DNA of 64,000 bases from assembly GCF_001194135.2 (NCBI RefSeq), contig NC_068998.1:16905344-16969343 (forward strand), in the 5' to 3' direction. The notes under the pieces are model-generated. The model made no database searches. It was given only the letters and a program-made list of their open reading frames with translations, and was not told the DNA's origin. Source of the DNA: Octopus bimaculoides. Lineage: Eukaryota. Positions 24,102-35,741 of the stretch are shown piece after piece. Within the stretch, counting starts at the first letter, position 1. Each line of letters opens with the position of its first letter. The position numbers were made by a program, and so were the translations under genes.

Positions 24102-25401
24102 GGTTATATAATTGAAGAAATACAGGTAATACACAATGAAAACCTGGTTGGAGTAGTAGACAACGACTCGAAATTTAGAAAGCGCTTGGCAGAGAAAATA
24201 TAAGCAACATGTTGACTTGAATTATAAAGAGTTAATTTCATATTTTATATTCGTAAAGTCATAGTAATCCAAAAAGTATTTGTATAGATATTTCATAATT
24301 GTAAGTGATACACACTGCGAACAGCTAGTAAAATTTTTTTGCGTTGTTGAAGAGTACTTGGGACATTTTCATAGAATGTGCAATAAACTCAACATTTGTG
24401 AGGGCGGTTGAAAGAAGATTGGACCATCTTTCTTCGATGGGTATGATTTTAGGCATTGGTTCTCAAGTTGAGAAATACCAGCTTCATTCACACCCGAAAA
24501 AAAAAAATCAGTGAATTAAAGAGAAGAGGTGTTTGTTTTCCATGCTGGCTTGGGTCGGATGGTTTGACAGTAGCTGGCCAGCTGAAGAGCTGTCCAGGCT
24601 CCATTTCTGTTTCGGTACGATTTCTGTGGCTGGATGTCTTTCCTAATGCCAACCACATAAGAATGCACTGGGTGCTGCTTTTATGCAGCACCAGCATGGG
24701 TGCATTTATGTGGCACAAGCACCCATGAGCCTGTAAGATTAGAATTGCCTAACTGAAGAGGGATGCAAGGGATGTACCTGTATACAAGAACAGCCAGGAT
24801 TTTGCTTAGCTTGTTGAGTCTTCTCCAGCACAATCAACCGCCAGAAGTCTCAGTCCCTTGTTATCACCTCTGCGAGACCCATTCATCTAATTCTTTTTTC
24901 TTTGCCATGGTATTGAAGTTTACCTCTTTAGCATTCAGATTACTCTGTCAAATGTAATGCTTATTTATTCACATTGCTTTGAATTAATTGTGAATTACCT
25001 CATAGTTTTGAGATTTCAGTGATATGATTGTTTATTTTTAGAGTGACAGTGTAGGGTAGGTATAAGAGGCTGGACCTGACCAGTTTGAACAAAAGAACAA
25101 TATTTGGGCCGGATACGGCCAGTTTGAATGCTGCAGGATTAAAAAGTTTAAAACCATCTTAATCTTGGTGATGACCTTGTCTGACAAGTGATCTCATCTG
25201 TTTAGAATTAATCCTGCATTATTTCATAGCTTTGAGATTTTGATGATGCCATTATTCATTTTAGAAGGACATTGTAGAGTAGGTGTGAAAGGCCTGACTT
25301 GGTTGATTTGGACATAAAACAGGTAGGATATTTTGGGCTGGATATAGCTGGTTTAAATGCTAGAGAATTAAAACCTGTTTCTTTTGCTTTCCTTCTTTCA
25401 G

Positions 25402-25574
25402 AACTGGTTCAGATACCATGTCTGTCTTTGACAATAGTCAAAAAGAAGCCGATTTCAGAGCGGAGATATAAAACACCATTAAAGTTTCTACCCAAACATC
25501 CTTTCATGGAGCCACATATAGAACATAACCCTGAAGAAATTACAAAACTTTTAAAAGAATATAAAGAGAATGAG
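25402..25574 (+). CDS. MRPS18C: MRPS18C exon 2 (KLVQIPCLSLTIVKKKPISERRY...KEYKENE)
   Basis: ccttctttcag| acceptor, GAG|gtgagt donor, phase 1 to 0; the only open frame and phase-consistent with both neighbours. Confidence 0.85.
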
Positions 25575-26631
25575 GTGAGTGAGATGCTTTATTTTGTGGT
25601 TTAGCACCCAAGTCATCTGTAGTCGAGCAGTCTTATGAGTAACAGCATTTCAGCTGTAACTTGCAGATTTTTTTTTAACCCTTTAAGCATTCAGATAATT
25701 TTATCAAATATTATGCCTATTTATTCTGGATGCTTTCAATTAATCATGGATTATCTTGTAGCTTTGAGATTTTCATAATGTGATTGCTTTTTTTAAAAGG
25801 ACATTGTAGGATAGGTGTGAGAGGCTGTATCTGGCTGGTTTGAACATAAAACATATAGTATATTTTGGCTGGATATAGCTGGTTTGAATACTGAAGAATT
25901 AAAGCATAAGGTGTGACTTGTGGGAAATTTAATTGATATTTCTTGCAGGTCGTCATTCTCATCATCATCATTTTAATGTCTACCTTTCCTTGCTCATGGT
26001 TTAGACAGTTAGTTGAGGCAGATTTTTTTTGTAGGTGGATGCCTTTCCTGTTGCCAACCTTCACAAGTTTCCAAGTAACTTTAATAATTTTCCATGGCTA
26101 GACATGTTTTCATGAAGGATTGGAAATAAAAGACATTGCTTATATGTTGGCGACGCTTGTTCACAACTATCACGATGTCAAGACAAGGAGACACTATCAC
26201 ACACACGCACACACACATGATGGGCTTCTTTTCAGTTTCCATCTACCAAATCCACTTTCAAGGCTTTGGTTAGCTTGGGGGCTGCAATAGAAGACACTTG
26301 CTTAAGAAGCAAGCTTCATAACCACACAGCTATGCCAGCACTTAAGCTGAATAGATCCCCTGACCCAATTCCTCATTGAGAGTCGTGGGTGACAAATAGA
26401 GCACCAGGCAATATTTTGCAGCATTCAGTAACATTTATTTAATAAGTACCACCTTTCCTGTGCTGTTACAAGAAATACCAGTCATCTATTGAGGTTGAGA
26501 CAGTCAACTAAATACCTTCCTACGAATTCTAAGATCTTGTTTATTAGAAATCAATATTGTGGTTTTTATATTCCGGGTTGTGGCAATTTTCTAATTACTA
26601 ATCTGAATAAAATGTCAAAAGTTGTGTAGAC

Positions 26632-27022
26632 GCAGGAGTGGCTGTGTGATAAGTAACTTGCTTACCAACCACATGGTTCCAGGTTCATTCCCACTGCGTG
26701 GCACCTTGCGCAAGTGTCTTCTACTATAGCCTTGGGCCAACCAAAGCCTTGTGAGTGGATTTGGTAGATGGAAACTGAAAGAAGCCTGTCGTATATATGT
26801 ATATATATATATGTGTGTTTGTGTGTCTGTGTTTGTCCCCCCCAACATCGCTTGACAACCAATGGTGGTGTGTTTACGTCCCCGTAACTTAGCGGTTTGG
26901 CAAAAAGAGACCGATAGAATAAGTACTAGGCTTCCAAAGAATAAGTCCTGGGGTCGATTTGCTTGACTAAAAGCGGTGCTCCAGCATGGCTGCAGTCAAA
27001 TGACTGAAACAAGTGAAAGAGT
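26632..27022 (+). mobile_element. Full-length tRNA-derived CORE-like SINE family B
   Basis: Head gcaggagtggctgtgtg...ggttcattccc, central ccttgcgcaagtgtcttctactatagcc, tail cagcatggctgcagtcaaatgactgaaacaag. Other copies or fragments near 26200-26340 (-), 28240-28380, 28530-28845, 36860-37010 (-), 46330-46580 (-), 52215-52350, 53680-54020 (-), 60135-60270, 62140-62310. Confidence 0.88.
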
Positions 27023-27302
27023 ATTCATTAAGGTGGATTCTTTGTAATAAACAACGAGATATCTGTTCATCATTATCATTGCTCGCATGGGTCATACAAA
27101 ATTTGTTGAGGTAGATTTTCTGTGACCAGATGCCTTTCCTGTTGCCAAGTAAGGCAATTATTTCCCTATAACCAGACTTGTTTCTCATGGAAAGCTGTAA
27201 ATGGAGGACACAGCTTGCATGACTGTGTGTGTGACACTAACTTAAAGCTATCACATGGTGTCAAGACAAAGGGACACTAACTCATGCACACTCACACACA
27301 TA

Positions 27303-27523
27303 TATGAGGAGGTACTGAGTAGTTCCTGGCTTTGGGTAAAAGAAAATACAGGAGGATCAGTTAATTATGGTTTTATTCAACATATTCCCCTCTCAAATTC
27401 ATACACTTATTGCAATGGTCCTTCAGTTTTCCTAAGTCCTGTAAAAGAACTTGGAAGGTTGGGCCTCCAACCAGACCTTTCATGATGCCCTTAAGGCCAG
27501 GAACTTTTCAGCACCCACTGATA
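27303..27523. mobile_element. ~220-bp mariner-type MITE with TA ends
   Basis: Left tatgaggaggtactgagtagttcctggc versus reverse complement of right end tatcagtgggtgctgaaaagttcctggc. Confidence 0.7.
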
Positions 27524-27936
27524 TATGACAGACTTTTCTCAGCTTCCATCTACCAAATCCACTCACAAGGCTTTGGTTAGACTGGACTATAACAGAAAAT
27601 GCTTGCCCAGGGATTTAATAAAATAACTTTGTTCTTAATAAGTCAGTGATTGGAACATAACTTAAAAAGTTCACAACTAATTACAACAGAATATTATAAC
27701 CTAGATATGAACAGTGTAAAACAGTAAGTAGAATCAGTGATGATTTCAGGTAGATATCAACCTAATATCAATCAAAAGGTTAAATCTTTCAATAGCCTGA
27801 ACAGTTATTATCTGCTTGTGTTCAGTCTCTCACACAGTAAATAGAATTTTATTGATATCTTGTAATTGTTTAGTTTTGTTTTAATAACTACACAACACAA
27901 ATAATTAAAAGTGTTCTTGATTTTTTTGTTTTTTAG

Positions 27937-28020
27937 CCTGTATCCACAATGCCAAATCCTTACGCAAAGCCATACAAGAGATGTATTTTGTGTCAACATG
28001 ATGTAAAACTAGACTACAAG
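27937..28020 (+). CDS. MRPS18C: MRPS18C exon 3 (PVSTMPNPYAKPYKRCILCQHDVKLDYK)
   Basis: ttttttag| acceptor, AAG|gtaaga donor, 84 nt, phase 0 to 0; NPY...KxCILC...DYK is the S18 zinc-site motif. Confidence 0.95.
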
Positions 28021-29069
28021 GTAAGATATTGTTGAATAAACTACACGTAACACATGTATTTTACAGCCGGTATTGTAATATTCTGTATTTTACAGTATAT
28101 GACAATACAGGCTGTAGATTATATGATGCATATAAAAAAATATACTGTAAGACATGTAAATTTTATGAATATTTTATGTATGACCGATGTGTAGTTGTTA
28201 AAGCTTTATAAAGATGGTATTATTGTATGATAGATGCGGGCACGGCAGTGTGGTAAGAAGTTTGCTTCAATCCCACTATGTGGGATTTTTGGCAAATGTC
28301 TTCTACTATATCCTTGAGCTAACCAAAGCCTTGTGACTGGTTTTAGTAGACAGAGAATGAAACAAGCCTGTTGTATATGTATATATATCCTCATCATCAT
28401 TTAGTGTCAGCTTTCATTGCTGGCATAGGTTGGGCAGTTTCATTGAAACTGGTAAGCTAGCGAGCTGTACCAAGTTCCAGTCTGATTTGGCAGGGTTTCT
28501 AATATTATTTATTGAATGAAAATTTTTAGGTGTAGGAGTGGCTGTGTGAAATAAGTAGCTTACTTACGAACCACATGGTTCCGGGTTCAGTCCCACTGCG
28601 TGGCACCTTGGGCAAGTGTCTTCTACTATAGCCTTGGGCCGACCAAAGCCTCGTGAGTGGATTTGGTAGACGGAAACTGAAAGAAGCCCGTCGTATATAT
28701 ATGTGTATGTGTGAGTATATGTTTGTGTCTGTGTTTGTCCCCCAACATCACTTGACAACAGATACTGGTGTGTTTACGTCCCCGTAACTTAGCGGTTCGG
28801 CAAAAAGAGACCGATAGAATAAGTACTAGGCTTACGAAGAATATTTTCTCTATGTATTACAGATGTATTATATTGCCTCTCTGTGTATTATATATGTATT
28901 ATAGTCTCTTTCTCTCTCTGTATTATGTTTATATTGTATTTGTGTGTATTACATAAGTATTGCCTATCTTTGTGTATTACACATTATATTGTCTCTCTTA
29001 TGTATTATATTGTGATATGTTAAAGACAGTTATAGAGTATAGCTCACCAATTTCTGGTTATATTTTCAG

Positions 29070-29196
29070 AATGTGCAGTTATTAAGTCAGTTTGTTTCAC
29101 CATTCACTGGCCAGCTGCTCAACCGATCAATAACTGGTCTTTGTATACCGATGCAAAAGAAAGTTTCCAGGCTTGTTAAAACTTCCAGAAAGCTTG
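29070..29196 (+). CDS. MRPS18C: MRPS18C exon 4 (NVQLLSQFVSPFTGQLLNRSITGLCIPMQKKVSRLVKTSRKL)
   Basis: ttttcag| acceptor, G|gtaagt donor; NVQLLSQFVSPFTG is identical to human MRPS18C as recalled. Confidence 0.97.
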
Positions 29197-30318
29197 GTAA
29201 GTCACAATACATTTATCACCTTTTTAACATCTCTTTGTATATCTGAAGGCAGTAAGCTGGCAGAATTGTCAGCACACTAGGGAAAATGCTTAGTGGCATT
29301 TCATCTATACTCTCTTCTACTCTTTTACTTGTTTCAGTCATTTGACTGCGGCCATGCTGGAGCACCGCCTTGGGAGGTCAGATCTGGCTAGTTTGAACAT
29401 AAAACAAGTGGAATATTTGGGCTGGATATTACTGGTTTAAATGCTAAAGAATAAAAGTGATTTTTTTTAGTCATTTTTCAATCCTACAACTTACTGTTTG
29501 TTATTGTTGGTTTTACAGCATTTTTTCTAAGCTAGCATGGGGTTGATGAATACATATTGGGCCATTGTTTTACAACTGAGTACTTTTCTTGTCACTAATA
29601 CTTACCTGTTTTTCAAGTAATGCATTTATTTTGCTCCACTTGTTTTCAAAAGCATACAGCTAGATGACATCATTTTCTGCTCAATGATTTGATGGATGGG
29701 TGTGGAATGTAAACACTTACAGATACATGTATATTCATACATACACATGGATTTCCATCTGTTTCCACTCACATGACACTAGTAAGGCTACAGTAGGAGA
29801 CACCTGTTCAAGATGCACTGGAGAATATGTAGAATATCCTATTTATGCATTAAAAAAAAAAAATTTATATACAGTAGCACATTTCTATGCACTTCATCTC
29901 AGTCAGATCAAATTACTTCTGCCCAAATCTTTGTCATCAGTTCCCCTCATGCAAACGAACACAGTTGTCTTCTCTTGTATGCAACAATCATTTTTATCAG
30001 CATACTTGCAATTGAGCCTTTTTTGTACGTTGTCCATTCAATGGATTATGCTCAGATTAGTAGCTTCTAGGGTTCTGTGGTATATATCATCTTCATCACC
30101 ATTTGATGTCAGTTTTCCATGTTGCTATGGATATCAGTTCTTTGCTATCATTTTTCTTTATTCTGATTCAAATGTTTAAGTTTTGTATTCATTAACAAGG
30201 AAGAGCAAATGTTATTGGTGAATAAAAGTGATTTTATGTTTACCTTGGTTTTAACTAAAACCAGTTTTGGACAGTTCCACACCTCCCCTTTTAACTGCAA
30301 TATTTATTTCTTTTGTAG

Positions 30319-30407
30319 GTTTAATGCCCTTTATGTTTAAAGACCGGCGCTATGTGGAAGATCCTAAACTCTTTGATCCACTTCGACCGAAGAAGTACGA
30401 CTCTTAG
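30319..30407 (+). CDS. MRPS18C: MRPS18C last exon (GLMPFMFKDRRYVEDPKLFDPLRPKKYDS*)
   Basis: ttttgtag| acceptor in phase 1, TAG at 30405-30407; G.MP...KD..Y..DPK motif. Confidence 0.95.
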
Positions 30408-30424
30408 TAAGAATTTCTTAATGT

Positions 30425-30439
30425 AATAAATAGAATAAA
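30425..30439 (+). promoter_or_regulatory. Tandem AATAAA poly(A) signals of MRPS18C
   Basis: aataaa at 30425-30430 and 30434-30439, about 20-30 nt after the stop codon. Confidence 0.7.
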
Positions 30440-33400
30440 GTTATTGGCTTTTCTTTGCAAAAATATTTGAACTTGTAATCTTATTTATGTTGTAAAATAT
30501 TGACAAGTAAAAAAAAAAAAAAATTCCTTTTGTTTTGCTCTACTTCACCTCTGAAATAGATGTCAATTCTACTGCCTAAAACTCTTACAAAATTAGTAAT
30601 CAGGATTTAAGCCTTAAGTTTCTAGACTGCACAAAGACCAGACAATGCTATTCATATGAAATATTCACTTAAACATTTTTCTTTTTAGAAACCCATGCTA
30701 AGTTGAAAATATATATTCTTTGCTTTAGCAAAATATACAACTATATTGAATTTTGTGGGTTGAATCTGGAGAGCATAACTGTCAGGAGACCAACTTGAGC
30801 AGATATTGTCAAGGCTTATTAGTTTGGCTCCTAATTTACAGTTGAGATGCTTATTTTTTAAAAATCTAGTAATTTGTGTTATATAGCTTTCTGTTATGAA
30901 ACTGTCTAGATTAGTTTAGGCTATTACAAAAGATAAAGGAATAGGGGGAAAAAAAATTGCTTTGAAAGTAGATAAGTTCCAATTTAACAAGCAAATCTCT
31001 GAAAATGTCTTGTGACAGTTAGCTGAAATAAAAATTAATTATACAAATTAAAGTACTGATTATTCCATTATAGAATATTTTATTTTACCAAAATATATTT
31101 AGGCAACCTGCAGTTAAGATACAGTGTGTGTAAATAGATATACACATTGTTTTTAAAGTGTGAGAAAAGATTTAAAGCAAAAATAACGAGGCATAAAAGT
31201 GTGATGAAACCAATCAAATTTATTATTCCATGTTGCCCTTTCAATGTCTGAAAACTTGCTAAAGAATAATACAATTGCAAAAGCAAGTATTTTTTTTTTT
31301 AAGGTCAGTTGATAATTTGAAGAAAAAAAATAGAGAGAAAATATATTAAATAAGTGCTTGCAAAGAAATTTTTAAAATAAAATAACAAGCACTTCGCAGA
31401 AGCTTCTATCTGTGATTAAAAGATACGACTTAAATAAACTCAAATTTAAATTCTAAAACAAGGGTGACAAACCTATATTTCTCTGCAATTTGTTGTGACT
31501 ACTTGGAATATAATTAAGATTTAAATTTTTTGAAATGCAGTTATACTTAAAAAATAAAAAAAAAAAATGAAATTGTATAAAAAAAATAACAAACCATTGC
31601 CCCCTTTCTGTTCTAACTTGATGATACATTTACACAAGGTTAACAACCTATTTGGAATAGGATGAGGAGCTGGCTTTTTAAATAATGATTTAACTAAGCT
31701 GCAGAAGGGAGAATGCAAGCATAATTAACACTTAAATTAAAAAATTTTTTTTTAGGGAAGAAAACTAATCAACTTTCCATTAGCTGTTCCAATATTAACT
31801 TTGTGGTCAGGTTATATATATAATAAAATTCTACATGTAACAACAATCTTAATAAATATGAAATATAAAATATTTAGTAGTGACTTTTCAGGGGTTTTTT
31901 TTTTGTTCCTTTAAAGTTGTTATAATTAACTTTGTATATAATAATTAGTCCTTAGATCACCATAAGCAGAGTTAATTTGATTTATTCAGTTGGGGCGAGA
32001 AAAAATAAAAATAAAAAGAGCAATAGAGATCATTCAAACACAACATTCACACAAAATGGTGATTAAGGACACAAACAGAATTTTTAACTAAACGTTCTGA
32101 ATCAAACCCGTCTCAAATGAAACCATCTGGGATGAATTCTTTACACAAATTCCTTCAGTTTCACTGCCATCTCTGTAGAGCCAAATGAAACCTGGCTGGA
32201 TGAATTCTTTCAGTTTTTCTGTCTTTCCCTCTCCCCCCATAATCTCAGCTAAGTGTACAAACTTCTGCATTCTTAATTTGTTTCCAAGTTTTGGGACAAA
32301 AAGAAACCCCACACCCCACAAAAACCACCAACCCAAATTCACATTCTGGCTTAACTTACACCATTATGGTTATATATTATTAATTAGCATGTAATTAAAT
32401 GTTAGTTATTAAAAATAAAAAAAAAAAACAGTACAAGTGTGTAGGCCAAATTTTTGAAAATTGTATAAATACAAATCAATAATTAACAGTAAAACAAGAA
32501 CTGACTCTTATTTCATGATCTCGGTAGTTGTGAACCAGCTATACTAAACAATGTTTAGTCATAAAACTAGTTAACCCCTGCATTAATTAAAAAAAAAAAA
32601 AAGAATCTAATGAAATTTCTGCACTTTGTTAAAAATAACAGTAATCTTTTAGATTATGCTATCAATTAGAATTAATATTTTAACTTATGAAAATAACTAA
32701 TTAATAAACCAGATTAAGAATGCATGCTTTGAAAAATTTGATAATTTCATTGACTAAATCAGTTTACTGATTGAAAACATATAGCCATGAAATGTCCAAA
32801 TAACTAATTAATCCATAGGAGTATGCATTTTCTTGCAGCTCTCTCTTATATAAAATTTAATCAAACAGATTTCTTTTTAAAGAAACTGATTTTTAGATAT
32901 TTCTAACAGGAATAAATAAGCAATGATTATGTTTGTAGTTTGAAATTTATGAAATCTATTTTACTATTTTTGTACAAAATATACAATGCTTGAAAATAAG
33001 CCAAGTGTTTCTTGGAAATCTTATGAAATAGCACTAAAATCTGATTGAAATCCAAGGTAATTTTTTTTCTTTTTTTTTAAATTTTAGTTTTTCCAAGTTG
33101 TATAACAACTTATTGGAAAAGATGTACAGCTGACAGAAAAATATGTGTATAGTGCTCCATAATGAAACAGCCTTGTTGTGTTTGTGCTGAATAAAATGAA
33201 TCAAGTGTTGAAAATGGTATAAAGTATGATCATAGCAGTGCAGAAATATCTGTATCCACACCAACAATAATCTGTGTTATTTAAATAACAGAAAATATTC
33301 AGAAGATGAGAGGACTTACTCAACACAAACCTTCTCTTTGGGACAATATGTGAGCTGTGTGTGTGTATGTATGTGTTTTATAATAAACATTAAAATGTTG

Positions 33401-34909
33401 ATAAGCCAGCCTTAGCAAACCAATGAAAGAGATATCCTTGAAATTAGTTATTAGTAGATATCAAAACTAGGTAGAAGGAGTACAGAAGGTAAGCCAGTTT
33501 ACCTAGCTGCACAATAGACAAAACAGCAAGTTAAAAAAATAACTCGGCCATGTGATCGGTTATATTCTTTATCAAAAGAAATATTAGAGGGGAGAGAAGG
33601 TGGAGGAAATCCCGACAAGATTAAAGAGAAGGGTACTTTTTTTGTTTTTTTTTTGTCCTTTTTATTGTTTTATGAAAGTTAATATAGGAATAAATTCTAA
33701 AATATTTTGATAGAAATTTTTAAGTTGAAGAGAAATTAGAAATGAAATGGTAGCCTGGACAAAATTATGTTGATTGAAATAAGTTTATTTCAATTTTTAA
33801 ACACTTTCATTATATAAACATGCATCCTCTGCCTCAAGTAGCGAGACAGCAGAATGGAAAAGGGAAGGAAAAGCAATGAGGATTTAAAAAAAAAAAAAAT
33901 ATAAATAAAATAAAATATTCCCCCTAAATACACTCTTTCAGGTCTTGGAAGCAGTGATAGTCATGTGTGTACTTCATTGTAGCAGATCCAAGCACTTGTG
34001 CTCACATATTTACATAATTATTGCAGTGAATTATACATGTTTATTATAGATGGTTTGATATATTAGAGCTATGGAAAAGACTGGTTAGGATAGGTAGGGA
34101 TATGGAGAGAAAAGGGGAAGCAGAAGAGAAAAAAAAATTCAAGAAAGATTCTGAAATGATCAAGACCTAGACAAAGTTTATTTAATACATTTTCTAAATT
34201 TTTTTTGCCCCCAATATGTTTTTTTTTAACTGGAAAGAAGAGTGAGAATAGCAGATAATGCCAACTCATTTATGCTCCTGTGTGTGAGTGTGCATTTACA
34301 CTCAGCTGCTTATGTAAATACACATATTTGTGCAGTGATATTCTTATCAGGAACATATAATTAAGAATGTCTGCAAGAGTGTAAAAGCACACATGATCAC
34401 TAGAAATTAATCTCTTTTTAAATTTTTTTTTTATTTCTTTTACCTTAAATTTGGATTTCAAGTTAGCACAAGTGGGAGTTTTGGAGAGGAGAAACAGTCA
34501 CAGAAATTCAATTATTCAAAAAGACATCAAAATCTGAGTCAGGTCTGACAGAACTACACCTCAAACCAGTCGTAGCCGATTAGAAGCGTGGATTTTGTTT
34601 ATTCCTGTTAACATGGCTTGGGCCATATCAATGGCAAAACAATACAAATATCACAGGCCAACTTTACAAAAGCTCACAGCAAGTCTAAAAGATTCTGGTG
34701 TCAGTTCAAGTAATCTATGTACAATCCGTTGTCCATCTTTATATTGCCTTTGCTGCTTAAAAAGGCCTTATTTTTTTTTTTTTTCAAATGTTTCCTCATG
34801 AATCGCTACAAAGTTTTCTAGCAAAGCAAGAACGTCTTCCAGGAAATAAATAAAGACCACAAAACTGTATTCTGAATAGTTATGCCAAGAATTTTTTTTT
34901 TTTTATATG

Positions 34910-35741
34910 TTAGTGTGGTGGAGGCTCTCTATCAGAAGCTTTTGTAGCTTCTAAATGCTTGAGCATATACCTCTTAGCTGAACTTGTACTGACAAGAGGT
35001 TCTCTCAAACCAGTTGATCTGGACTGAGCCTGAGATGTGGCGCTCCCCCCAACCATATTACCCACCCCTTGTCCCCCTGTATTTAACCCTCGCCCAATGT
35101 TGCTCCCCTGACCAGAAAGCAATACTAAATTGGCTTGTGTAAGTGAAGAACTCTGAGAAGTTGCAGAGATCGGACTTGTCCCTGATGCACTACGGGAAGC
35201 AGAATTAGAAGAAGCTGACATCTGTTTGATCACTGTGATATTTTGAGTACCACCACCTGCAATATTGCTGCTTCCACAACTGGCCCCACTACTAGTAGCC
35301 CCACTGCTGCTGCAGCTACCAGCACTTCCATTTCCTCCACTACTACAATTCGAGTTGCCACTGCTACCACTACCTTTCGGTTGATTGTGCAGGGAACTCT
35401 CTAGTGGTCTTTGACGGGTAGCTTTACTTTTCACTGTGGATTTCTGCAGACTAGTATCGTTGCTGCTACTACTGCTGCTGCTGCTCTCACCACTAACAGT
35501 ACCGCCACTGGAATTGTCATTGCCACTCCTGCCGCCACTGCTACTGCCACTTCCACCCCCAATATTAGGTGCCTTTTCTTGAGGGTTCACCCCACTGCCA
35601 ATCTCCAATTGTATCATTTTTTCTAAGAATAATGGTTGTAGCTCGTCATCTAATGTTGATAGGAGAACTTCTTGAACGAACAAACTATGGTCCATTTCTA
35701 AAATGCTCTGATCTCCTTCTGACAATGCAAACTCCATACAT
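34910..35741 (-). CDS. KCMF1: KCMF1 last exon (RCMEFALSEGDQSILEMDHSLFVQEVLLSTL...Ser/Gly-rich...DREPPPH*)
   Basis: tatctgcag| acceptor in phase 2; DHSLFVQEVLLSTL resembles human DRSLFVQELLLSTL and terminal EPPPH resembles EPPPPPL (recalled). Confidence 0.93.
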
